From Scenedesmus sp. PABB004 (Eukaryota), in assembly GCA_014905635.1 (NCBI GenBank), contig CM026547.1:1426001-1490000 (forward strand): a stretch of 64,000 nt of DNA, read 5' to 3'. This document shows, in pieces, positions 1 through 10,213 of the stretch. Each line of letters opens with the position of its first letter. Positions within the stretch are counted from its first letter, which is position 1. Below the pieces are notes generated by a model. That model had not been told where the DNA came from and ran no database searches. It saw only the letters and a program-made list of their open reading frames with translations. A program made the position numbers and the translations under genes.

Positions 1-803
1 CTGCTTGCGAGCTGCTGTGCGCCGCGCACGCGTCCAGGTGGTCGCTGCTGCACCTCGGCGAGCTGCCCCCGGGGGCTGGCTGCTGGCGCGGTGGCTGCGC
101 CACGCCGTGCCCCTGGAGCGCGGTCGGCAGCTCGCGAGGCTCTGCGCCCGCGCCGCCGCGGTGCGCGCGGTCGCTTTTGCTCCCGCGCGCCTGCTGCTGG
201 CACACCTGCTGCAGCAGGTGCTCACGCTCTCGCCGCTGCGGGGCCGCGACAGGCGGCGGCGCCTGCCCCTGGCTGGCGGCACTGGCGCCGCCGCCGGCCT
301 TCATCGCCGCTGCCGCCGCTGACACCGCTGCCTCCGCCGCTGCCACGATCGCCACAGCGTGCCGCGCCGCCGGCCCGCGCCCTCCGCCGCTGCCGCGCGC
401 GCCCGCCGCCGCCGCACCGGCCTGGCCAGTCGGCACAGCACGCCGCTCCGGCCGGGCCTTGCTGGGCGCCCGCTTGGTGCGAGCGGGCGCGGGCAGCGCG
501 GCAGGCGGCGGCGCAGGCGGTGTGCGCTCTGTGAAGGGCGCGACGACCCTGCCCGGCACGCGGCAGCTGGCGCTGCCTGCACCGCCAGCCGCGCAGCGCG
601 CCGGCCCTGCGGCGGCAGGGTGGGGCGGTGTGTGTGATGGCCGGCCCCCGCGACGGCGACGCGGGCGCGCACTGCACCCCGCCCCCACCTGTGCCGGCCG
701 CCGCGCGCGCGGGCTGCTGCGCTTGCTGCTGCTGCTCGCGCCGCGCCAGCGCGGCAGGCCCATCCGGCGGCGGCGCGCTCCAGCCCGCCGCCGGCGTGGC
801 CAT
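1..803 (-). CDS. Hypothetical low-complexity protein, 5' part, running off the window start
   Basis: ATG at 803 (MATPAAGWSAPPPDG..EQQQQAQQ), a plausible GT..CAG intron, then a frame open to position 1; divergent from the F-box gene; no recognisable domain. Confidence 0.3.
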
Positions 804-1216
804 TTGCCGGGCCACTGGTGCTGCTATGAGTGCTGCCGGCGGGCGGGTGCCGCCGCGCGTGGGACGGCGCGCGGGACGGTGGTGCCGCCAGCAGCTCGAC
901 GGGCGGCGCGTGCGGCGCGCGCTGACCGCGCTTGACCCTCCCGCGTGGGGCGGCGCCGGCTGCTGCTGCAGCGGCGGAGGCGAGAGCGTGGGCAGCTGGG
1001 ACGGACGCGGAAGAGCCGCGCCGCGGGGCAGGGCCGCCGAGAACTGAGCGGGCGCGGCACGGCGTCGGGCGTCACATGCCGGCGGCGACCTGCTCGCACC
1101 CCGGCGCAGCCCCGGGCGCGCCCGGCGCGTGCCGTCTCGCACAGGGCCGACCCCGCCGCGGCCAGGCGACCGCGCAGGGCCCACGCTGCTGTCGCCGCCG
1201 CTGCGACGCGCTCAAG

Positions 1217-3747
1217 ATGGCCGCTGCTGCTGCGGCGGCAGGGGAGCCGCAGCTGCTGGCGGTGCTCGACGACGCCAGCCTGGAAGTGGTGCTGCTTCAC
1301 CTCGACGCGCGCGACCTCGCAGCGGCGCAGGGAGCGTGCCGCCGCCTGCGCGCGGTCGGCGCTGCCGACGCGCCGTGGCTGCGCCTTGTCTGGCTCGACT
1401 ACGGCCTCCCGCTGGTGGTCCAGCGCCCGTCCGCGGCCGGTGCCGCCGCGGGTGGTGCGCGCGCATGCGGCGCGGCGCAGGCCGTGTACTGCGCCCTCGC
1501 GGCGGCGCGCCACGACGTCCGGGCGCTGCACGTGCGCGCCGTCGCGACCGACGGCGGCGCCGACGAGCCGGCCAGCGCGTACTGGGCGGACAACCTGTTC
1601 ACGCCCAAGCAGGCCGTGATGTACTGCAGCGAGATGGGGCGGACGAACATCCACGTCTTTGGCCGCCTCTGCCCCGCGCCGCCGGTGCCGGCGGCGGCGC
1701 CGCCAGCGCTCCCTGGCGCGGGCTGGCTGGAGGCGCAGCGCGCCGCCGACCCTGGGCTCCGGCGCTTCATGCTCCAGCGCTGCGCGGCCGCGGCGGAGCG
1801 CCTGCTCGCGCCCGCGGCCCTCGACGCGGCGCTGCGCGCGCAGCAGCGGGACCGGCTGCGGCAGCTGCCGGAGCAGCTGCAGCAGCAGCAGCTGCACCCG
1901 CGGCCGAGCTCCGGCGGCGGCGGCCTCGCGCGGGGCGTCGCGGCGGTGCTCCGGTGGGGGCGCGGGCCCGCACCGTGGGCGGGCGCGGCGGCGTCGCCCC
2001 GCGCGCTGGTGGCGCGGCAGGCCCTGGAGTCGTGCAGCACCGAGGGTGCGCAGCGCTCGGGGGGCGCGGCGCGGGCGCGGCGCGGCGCGGCCGCCAAGCC
2101 TCGCCTGCCCCCCCCCCCCCGCCCACCTCTCCCCACCCTGCCGCGTCAGGCATCACGGACTTTTACCTCGCAGCATACGCCGCGCAGCAGCTGGGCAAGC
2201 CCTGGCCCTCGCTCTTCGCAGGCCTCACCGCCGACCAGGTCCATCAGGTGACCCGCCTGCCCGCCGCCGAGGCGCCTCGCCAGCGCGGCGCACCGGCCCG
2301 CGCCCGCGCAGCGCGGCGCGACCGCGCCTGTGGCGCCGCGCGCGCGCGCGCGCACAGGTGCACGAGGTCGCGTTCGAGGTGTGGGGCACAGCAAACGAGG
2401 GCCGTGCCCCGCTCAACCTCCGCACGCTCGCGGCGGCGGCGGCGGCGGCGCCGCCCGGGGGCGGCTCCCGCGGCGCGGTGGCCGCCAGCGGCGCGGCGTC
2501 GGGCCTGCTGTACGAAGAGCACGAGCTGGAGGCGCTGGCAGCCACGGTGCAGCCGGGGCAGCACACCTGTGAGGGCGCGGCCCGCTTGCTGCGCGCCGCC
2601 GTGGCGACACGTGGGCGCCTCCTCAGCGCTGCCGCCGCCGCGGCGCCGCAGGCATCGTTCACGAGATCTTCCTTGCCAGGGACGGCCTCAACGCGGGAAC
2701 CTGCCCCGTGGCCTCTGGCTTTGTCATGCTGGGAGCGTGGCAGGCCGAGCCGCCGGGCACGGCCGGCGCGGCCGGCGCCGTCGGCGAGCGCGGCTGGCGC
2801 GAGGCGGCCGGCGCGGCGCTTGCGCGCCAGGCGCGCCAGCCCTGGGTAGCCGCTGCCAGCGGCCTCAACACCGCGAGCGCGGTGCTCCTCGCGGCGGGCG
2901 CGGGGCTGCTGCCACCTGTGCTGAGCCATGCGTCCAACGCGTCGGCTGAGTGGGTCGAGTTTGCGCCGCCCACGCGGGCGCAGCTCGAGGCGCAGCAGCG
3001 CGAGTGGGCCGCCGCAGGCGACGGCGGCGACGGCGCCGCGCCCCCGGCTGGGTGGCGCCTGTGCTGTGGTTCCGGTGAGCGCGCAGCGGGCGGCCGGCGG
3101 GGATGGGGGCGGGCATGCCGGCACGTGCGCGGCGGCTGTGCGTGCGCTGTGTGCCGCTAGGGCTGTCGGCGGCGGGGGCGCCGCCGAGGCGTGGCGGCGC
3201 CGCTGCTGCCCGCGGCCGCAGGTTTGCGCCCGCGCCTGCGCAGCCTCACAGCGACGACGACGAGGCCGGCGACGCCGCGCCGCACAACGCCGCGGGGAGC
3301 GAGGACGGCGGCAGCAGCGAGGACGGCGGCAGCAGCGAGGACGGCGGCGGCGTGGCGACGCCTGCGGCGGGCCCGGGCGAGCCGCCCGCCCGGCCCGACC
3401 AGGCGCTGCTGTGCGGCGATGCGCCGGAGCTGCCCGCGGCGGCGACCGAGGTGGCCGCTGCACTGGGCTGGTTGCCGCACGCGCCCGACCACGCGGGCAT
3501 GCTGGCGGTGCGCCTGGCGCGCCCGCGCGCGGCCAACTGGGCATGCGTCAAGGCGCTGGACAGCGAGAATGCGCGCCCAGCCTTCAACGCGGGCCGAGGC
3601 GGCTGCAACATCGACATGCAGCTCGTGCTCCTGCGGGGGCACGAGCTGGGCTCGCTCCCGCCCGGCCTGGGCGTCGTGCCGGCGCGCGCGTGGGGCGCGG
3701 TGCGGCGGGGGCACGCCACGTGTGATGCGCGGGGCGGGATCGCTTGA
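1217..3747 (+). CDS. F-box domain protein (spliced)
   Basis: N-terminal F-box-like motif LAVLDDASLEVVLLHLDARDLAAAQGACRRLRAVGAADAPW; last exon ends ..NIDMQLVLLRG..RGGIA* at 3747; internal exon structure uncertain. Confidence 0.65.
3298..3352 (+). repeat. Coding 18-bp tandem repeat (SEDGGS x3)
   Basis: GAGGACGGCGGCAGCAGC repeated about three times. Confidence 0.8.
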
Positions 3748-3769
3748 CGCTTACAAAAGGTAACTGTGC

Positions 3770-3900
3770 AACGCCTGCACATGACTCATGCACAGCCCCA
3801 CGCCTGCACAGCCCACGCCTGCACAGCCCCACAGCCTGCAGCGCAGCCCCAAAGCCTGCACAGCCCCCACGTGCAACGCCTGCACAGGCACCAATCACGC
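3770..3900. repeat. Degenerate ~15-17 bp minisatellite (GCCTGCACAGCCCCAC)
   Basis: About 6 imperfect copies of GCCTGCACAGCCC between two convergent genes. Confidence 0.75.
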
Positions 3901-4149
3901 TGCACACGCCTGTACTGCCGCCACGCGCTTTGCAGCCCAGCCCAGCCTCTCGCCCGTGCCGCACGCGCGTCGCAGCGCGCTGGCGCTCCTGTGCAGCACG
4001 CTCCAGTGTGCACACGCACGTACAATGTGCACCGCCAGTGTTCGAAGTCCCGCCAGGGCGTCGCGGCGCGCGGCATCACGCCGGGTGGGCGCGCCGCGCG
4101 CTGGCCGCCGCTGCACATATACATTGATGTATGAGGGCCCATGCCCTCT

Positions 4150-4464
4150 CTACTTGTTGACGCCGCAGCCGTAATCGATCCAGTGGCCCCAGTCGCACCG
4201 CATGCGGCCACCGTTTGAGCAGTATGCGACCTCGCCGTCGCGGTAGCGCGTGAGCGTCTCGGGGTGCCAGCAGCCGCTGCCGACCGGGTCCGAGGGGCGC
4301 CGGCCCCACCCGTACCAGGGGCTACCCCATCCCCAGCCGCCGCCCCAGCCCGGCGTCGAGCCGGCCCAGGGGTCGGAGCTCCACTGCGCCTGGGCGGGCG
4401 CCGCCGCGAGCAGCGCGACCAGGAGCACGGTCGCCACGACGGCAGCGAGCAGGCGCCGCGCCAT
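4150..4464 (-). CDS. Small secreted Trp/Gly-rich, 4-Cys protein (104 aa, intronless)
   Basis: Signal peptide MARRLLAAVVATVLLVALLAAAPAQA, then GWGGGWGWG and CWHP..YCSNGGRMRCDWGHWIDYGC; minus-strand TGTAA at 3751-3755. Confidence 0.75.
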   Translation of the reverse strand: MARRLLAAVVATVLLVALLAAAPAQAQWSSDPWAGSTPGWGGGWGWGSPWYGWGRRPSDPVGSGCWHPETLTRYRDGEVAYCSNGGRMRCDWGHWIDYGCGVNK

Positions 4465-6216
4465 GGCGGGAACGGGAGCCTGCAAGCCTGCGCGCGGCGG
4501 CCGCGTTCGCGCGTCGGCGGCGGCAGATGCGCGGCGCGCCTGCGCGCCCCCGCGGCCTGCCGCGCGCTTCACGAATGGCCAGCGGCTATCTCGATCTCTG
4601 GCGAGCGCGGCCAGCCGCCGTGCTGCCACGCGCGGGCCGCGCGGGCCTCTCCCGCCACGCGCCTGAGCAGTTGCTCTCTCGCGCGGCCGAGATGCCCTGG
4701 CAGTCGTCGCGATGGGCGTCTGGAGAATCACGCAGCGAGCAGTGAACAGCGGGGAGGCCTGCGGGCCAAGATGATGCGCGGCGGCGCGGCGGCACGGCAC
4801 GAGCGAGCGTGCGCGGAAGCTGCCCGTCCTGCGCCAGAGCTTCCTGTTGGTCGCGCGGCGGGTGCAGTTGAGCGAGGGGGAAAGCCCGGGCTGCCTGGCT
4901 CGCTGGTGGCTGCCGCCGGCGGAGGGGTGGTGCAACGGCGGCGGCACTGCCTCGCGGCGACCCGCTGACGCGCGAGGGCGGCCGGCCGTGACTGCTGGGG
5001 CACAGCGCGCCAATTGGGGCTACCGCAGGAGCCACGCGCTGCTCAAAAGGCTCTCCACGAGAGTGCAGTGCGACTGTGTGAACCTCTGACCGGCGGGCGC
5101 GGCGCAGTGATGCCGTCGTCGTCGTCGTCCAGCGGCGCCGGTCTGCAATCCTCTGCCGCTGCTGATTGGGGTCCTCGCAGCACAATGATGAGCCGCACCG
5201 GTGGGTGGCAGACATGCGGGGCAGCGAGGCCCGCCAGCGGCGGCCGCGGCGCGCGCCGCACGTGGCGCGGGGGCGCGCGCCGCAGCCGTGACCGTTCATC
5301 CACCACCGCGCGCGGCGCCCGGGCTCACCGTCGGGCTGCCCCGGGCGCCGCGGCCGCGCGCTCTACCACTCCAACGCCAACGCCAACGGGGGCGACAAAC
5401 AGAGCCCACCATCTGCCCGGGCCGTGGGACAAGAAGATATAAAGCGCGTCGCCGTCTGCCCCAGCGGGCCCGCCCGCTCGCCGCCCGCTCGCCGCACGTT
5501 GCCGCGTTGCCCGCATCCCGTCGGCCCCCGCTGCAGGTGCGCGGCGCGCGCGTTGGCCGCTGCCGTCGAGGGGGCGGCGGCGCTCGCTCGCTCGCCCACG
5601 CGGGCCCGCGCCGCGTGCGCCGCTGCTGCTGCTGCTCACACAGTCCGTGCTGGAGCGCGCCCACACACACACCACCCGGCCGCGGCCGGCAATGATTGGG
5701 TTCCCGCCGTCATCGAGAGGCGCGCGCGTCCAGACGCGGGCCATCGCCGCGTGAGGAGCGCGCGGCCACGAGCGCGAGCGCGCGCGGCCGCCGGTCGGCG
5801 GCCGCGCGCGTGCAGTTTATGGCGTATTGCCTTGCCCGGTTTGTGGTAAACGCGTGCGCACCGCACGCCGCCAGGCCCCCGCTGCTGGAGGCGCGCAAGC
5901 GCACGCGCGCCAGCAGCCGCCGCTCGCCCCAGCCGCGCCGCCCGCCTCGCCGGCGGGCACGCAATCAGCCCGCCGGCGCGCCGCGCGCGCCGCCCTAGGT
6001 GTACAGTCGGCAGAGCGCGCGCGGCGCGCCCTGTGCGCCGCCGCCTTCTTGCCCGCGCCCCGCCCGCGACCCCCAACGAAAAAGCCGCCGCTGTCAGAAT
6101 CCCCGACTCGCGCGCCGCCGCGCAGTGCGCAATGCTGTGTCTGTGTGTGCGTTGCCCATCCTGCCTGCGATGGACCCCCTGGTGGCCGCGTCGCGCCGCG
6201 CTGCGTGGCTGGCTGC

Positions 6217-7482
6217 TCACGCGTCGCCGCCGGCCGCCGCCGCCGCGGGCGCGGCTGCGGGCGCGGTTGCGGGCGCCGCCGCGCCGCCGCCCGCCGCCGC
6301 GGGCAGGCCCGACAGCGTGCTGCTGCTGCTGTGGGCCTGCGCCGCGCCGCCGCCGCTGCCCTGGGCGCCGCCGCCGCTGCCGCTGCCGTTGCCGCCGTTG
6401 GCGCTCGCGCCGCGGCGCTTGGCGCCGGGCTGCAGGCTGCGCGGCTGCTCCATGCTGGTCAGCCGCGTCGCGGTCACCGCGCTGGGGCAGACGGGCTGGT
6501 CCACGGGGCGCGCCCAGGTCTTCTGGTTGGTGTTGGGGTTGTAGTAGTACGGCTGCAGCGTCACGGGGTCGTGGTACTCCTGCCACCCGTCCGGCAGCCG
6601 GCTCCACACGCACGTCCTGCCGGCGGCGGCGGCGCGCGGGCGTGGGCGTGGGCGCGTCAGCGCCAGCGCGCGCGCCAGCGCTGGCCCCGCTGCCGCCGCG
6701 GGGCCCGCTGCCGCCGCGGGCGCGCGCGGGGCGGGGCGGGGCGGGGCCGCACCTGAAGCCCTCCATGAGCGCCTTGCGGTCGAGGCGGCGGCCGATGAAG
6801 ACGATCTGGTTAATGCGGGTCTCGTTGTCGGCCCAGGGCTTGTCGCTGGGGCCGTAGCAGATCGTCTCGTGCACGCCCTGGAACACAAAGCGCTGGTTGC
6901 CGTACCCCTGCGCGCGCGCGCGCGCGCGGAAGAGAAAAGGCGGCGGCGGCGGCGTGTGGGCGTGCGGGCGCCCGGCCAGCCGCGGCGCGCGCGCGCGGCC
7001 CCGTGTGCCCCGCGCCGGCGCGCGCGCGCGTGGGCTCACGTGCACCGCGAGCACGCCCTTGCAGCGGAAGATGTCCTTGGCCTTCTCCGCGAGCAGGTCG
7101 CGCATGAACATGTTGAAGCGGTACTCGTCCAGCGGCCCCCGTGCGACGATGCCCACGCTGCCCACGCCGCTCAGGTCGTGCAGCTGCTTGCGTCGCCGCT
7201 TCGGCCGGCGCTCGCCCTGCGCGCGCGCGCGCGCGGGGAGTGGCGGCGGGGTGAGGGCGGCGGCGCGCGGGCGCACGACCGCCGGGTGCCGCAGCCGCCG
7301 CAGCGCCGGCCCCGCGCCCGCGCCCGCGCCGCCCGCCGGCCGGCCGCACCTTGGTGAGCGCCGCCGCGCTGTCGTCGGCCATGCTCTGCTGGCCCCAGCG
7401 GCCGCCGCAGCGCGTCTGGCTGGTCTGCAGCGACGACTCCGCCTGCTGCCCAGACTCGCGGCGCGCCGCGTCGGCGTCGCCG

Positions 7483-7523
<41 letters not shown>

Positions 7524-8998
7524 CTTCTGGCGCTTGCCCGGGCGCCCGCTGCCGCCGCAGCAGCCCGCCGCGTGCTGCTGCGCGGCGCTGCCCTCGGCCT
7601 CGCCCGGCGCGTCGCCCGCGGCGGCGTTGTGGCCGGGGCTGTCGTCGCCGCCGCCCGAGCCGCTGTCCGAGTCGTCCGAGTCAGAGTCGGAGTCGTCGAG
7701 GTCGCTGCCGCTGTCGCTGTGCAGGAACTCGGGGTCGACCTGCAGCGCCTTGTTCACGCTGAAGCTGTTGTTCTCCAGCAGCAGGCTCAGCGGCGGCGCC
7801 GCGCCCTCCACGTTCAGCCGGCACTCCACGAGCTGCGCCGACTGGTTGATGCGCCGCACCGCGCCCTTCACCACGTCCAGCTGCTCCGCGTCCACCAGGT
7901 CCGTCTGCGCGCGGCGCCGCCGCCGCGGGGTGGGCGCCGCGCCGCCGCCGCGCCCGCGGCTGCGCGCGCGCGCGCCCGCGCGCGCGAGAGTCCCCACGCC
8001 CCGCCCAGCCTGCCGCCGCTGCCGCGCGCCGCCCGCGCGTCTGCCTGCCGCGCGCGCGCACCTTGTTGAGCAGGATGAGGTCGCTGAAGGCGAGCTGCTG
8101 CGCGATCTCGTTGATGCCACCCGCAGAGTCCTCCTCGAGGTGCTGCGCGCGCGCAGAGGCGGCGGCGCGGCCGCGGGCGTGAGCGCGGGCGCGCGCGGGC
8201 GCGGCGGCGGCAGCGGGCGCCCGCCAGGCCCCGCGCTGCCGAGCCGGGCCGCCGCGGGCGCCCGCGCGGGGGGCCGCTGGCCGCTGGCCGCCGCGCCGCG
8301 CCGCGCACCTGCATGACATAGCGCGTGTCCACGACGCAGCTGCGCGCGGCGGCGGCGGGGGCGCGGCGGGCGGCGGGGCGTCAGGCGTGTGTGTGCGCCG
8401 GGCGGCGCGGGGCGGCGCGGGGGCGGCGCTGCGCGGCGCGGCGCGGCGCGGCGCGGCGCCACGCACACTATGCTGTCGAGGCGGTAGCGCGACACGATCC
8501 AGGGGTTGGCGAAGAACGTGAACGCCACGGGCGCGGGGTCGGCGAGGCCCGTGGTCTCCAGGATGACCTGGTCCACGCGCTTGCTGCGGTGCTTGCTGCG
8601 GCGCTCAATCTCGGCCAGCGCCTTCACGATGTCCTTGCGCAGCGAGCAGCACACACAGCCATTGTCCAGGCTCACCAGGTCCTCCTTCTCGATGAGGTTG
8701 TCCGCCACTGTGCGCGTCGGCGGCGGGGGGGCCGCGGGATGGGGGCCGAGGCTACCACCGGCTCCAGCGCCCCGCCTGGCGCCGCCGCGGCCCCGCCGCG
8801 CCGCCCAGGGCGCCGCCTGTGCCCCCAGGACCCCTCACCGAGCTCGTTGTCGATGTTAACCTCGCCAAACTCGTTTTCGATGACGGAGATGTTTTTCTCC
8901 CCCCGCGCCTTGAGGATGTAGTTGAGCAGCGTCGTCTTGCCGGCGCCCAGGAAGCCGGTGATGATGGTCACCGGGATTTTGTGCTGCGAGGTCGCCAT
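6217..8998 (-). CDS. COG0523/CobW-family (ZNG-like) metal-chaperone GTPase with C-terminal WW domain
   Basis: [16 protein letters not shown] (Walker A), ENEFG, GCVCCS (CxCC), [12 protein letters not shown] split by an intron, CobW_C domain ([21 protein letters not shown]), WW domain [31 protein letters not shown]. Confidence 0.92.
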
Positions 8999-9045
8999 AC
9001 TGCCCGCGCGGCCGCGTCGACGACGCGTGCAGCTGCGCGGCGGGA

Positions 9046-9646
9046 GCCCACACGGGCGACGGGAGGGAGACCGCAACCACGCGCGCGAACGCCGGGGGGA
9101 CTGGCCGGGCCAGCGGGGCGCGGGCGGCCGAGGCGCGGCATGGACCCACGCACGGGCACAAGCGCCGGGCTCAGCCTCGGATCCCTTGCGCCCGCCGCGC
9201 CGCCCCAGACGCGCGCCCGACGGAGCAGGAGCTCTTCGCGCCGCGCGTCGTCGCGCTGGCGCGGAGAGAAGGCCAGCGCGCCGCGAGTCTAGTAACCGAG
9301 GGCCTGTCGCGCGGCGCGGCCGCCGCAAACGCGCAGGCCGAGCTCCGTTGCACAACAGAGCACAGGAAGGTTTACACACGAGCCGCGCGCGCGGCCGCAG
9401 GCGCCCGCCGCCGCTCGCTCACCGCCCGCCCGCGTGGCGGGAGCGCCGGCGGCGGGCCAGCCGGCAGCGCCGGCCCTGCTCCCTCAGCCGCCGGCCACGG
9501 CCACGGCGGCGCGCGCGGTCTTGGTCATCTCGACCAGCACCTCCTTCACGCCCTTGCGGTCCTCGGCCGGCCTGCGCGCGCCGGCGCGGCGGCGCGCGCG
9601 CTCAAGACGCGGGCGGCGGCGGCGCCCGCGCCCGCCGCGCCGCGCC
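9046..9646 (-). repeat. Inverted duplication block A' (copy of 13717-14325)
   Basis: Reverse complement matches 13717-14325 with about 4 substitutions and one 8-bp indel; contains the HOZ last exon, its TGTAA (9372-9376) and the CobW upstream region. Confidence 0.95.
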
Positions 9647-9699
9647 CGCCGCCGCGCCTGCCGGTGCAGGTCAATGCTCACGCCCAGGCACTGCTGCAT
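9484..9699 (-). pseudogene. Chimeric mini-ORF: HEMA start + filler + HOZ last intron/exon (71 aa)
   Basis: MQQCLG-VSIDLHRQARRR...-RPAEDRKGVKEVLVEMTKTARAAVAVAGG*, in frame across the breakpoint. Confidence 0.55.
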
Positions 9700-10213
9700 G
9701 GTGGCGACGGCCGGGAGGGCGGCCTGACGCGAGGGCGAGCTTGAGTGGGGCGGCGCCGCGGCGCGGGGGGTCGCGAATTGGGCGCCCGGGGCGGGGACAG
9801 TGAAGCGGCGCAGTGGTCTAAGAGATCCGAAGCCCACAGAGGCCTAGCACGCCCGGCCACCACCGCGAAGCGTCCGTTACCGCGGCGCTCGCACGCACCC
9901 GGCGGCGCGCGGCCGCACGGGCCCGCATCTAGCAACGGTCGGCCCGCCGATCGCCGGGCGCCCGCGCGCGCCGCTGGGCCGCCGCGGCCCCCGCGCGGGC
10001 CGCGGGGCGTGGGAGCGCGCCGTCACACGGCAGACGCGCTCGCGCCCGGGGCGCCGCGCCGCAGGGGCGCCCCGCGCGCAGTGGTCAAGCGGCGGCGCGC
10101 GCGCCCGCGCGGCGGGGGCGGCCGTCACCACAGCGTCTTGAGGCTGAGGCGGTGCACGTGCAGCTTGAACGCGTCCGGGTCGTCGCGGTCAACGGGCAGC
10201 GAGCGCGGGAAGC
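9682..10213 (-). repeat. Inverted duplication block B' (copy of 14327-14859)
   Basis: Reverse complement matches 14327-14859 with about 1 substitution and one 1-bp indel; contains the 3' end of gene X, the HEMA upstream region and the first 6 HEMA codons. Confidence 0.95.

Noticed and set aside
5050..6000. Possible small spliced gene (ATGATG at ~5185, TATAAA at ~5438, splice-like sites)
   Set aside because: No coherent exon chain or domain could be built
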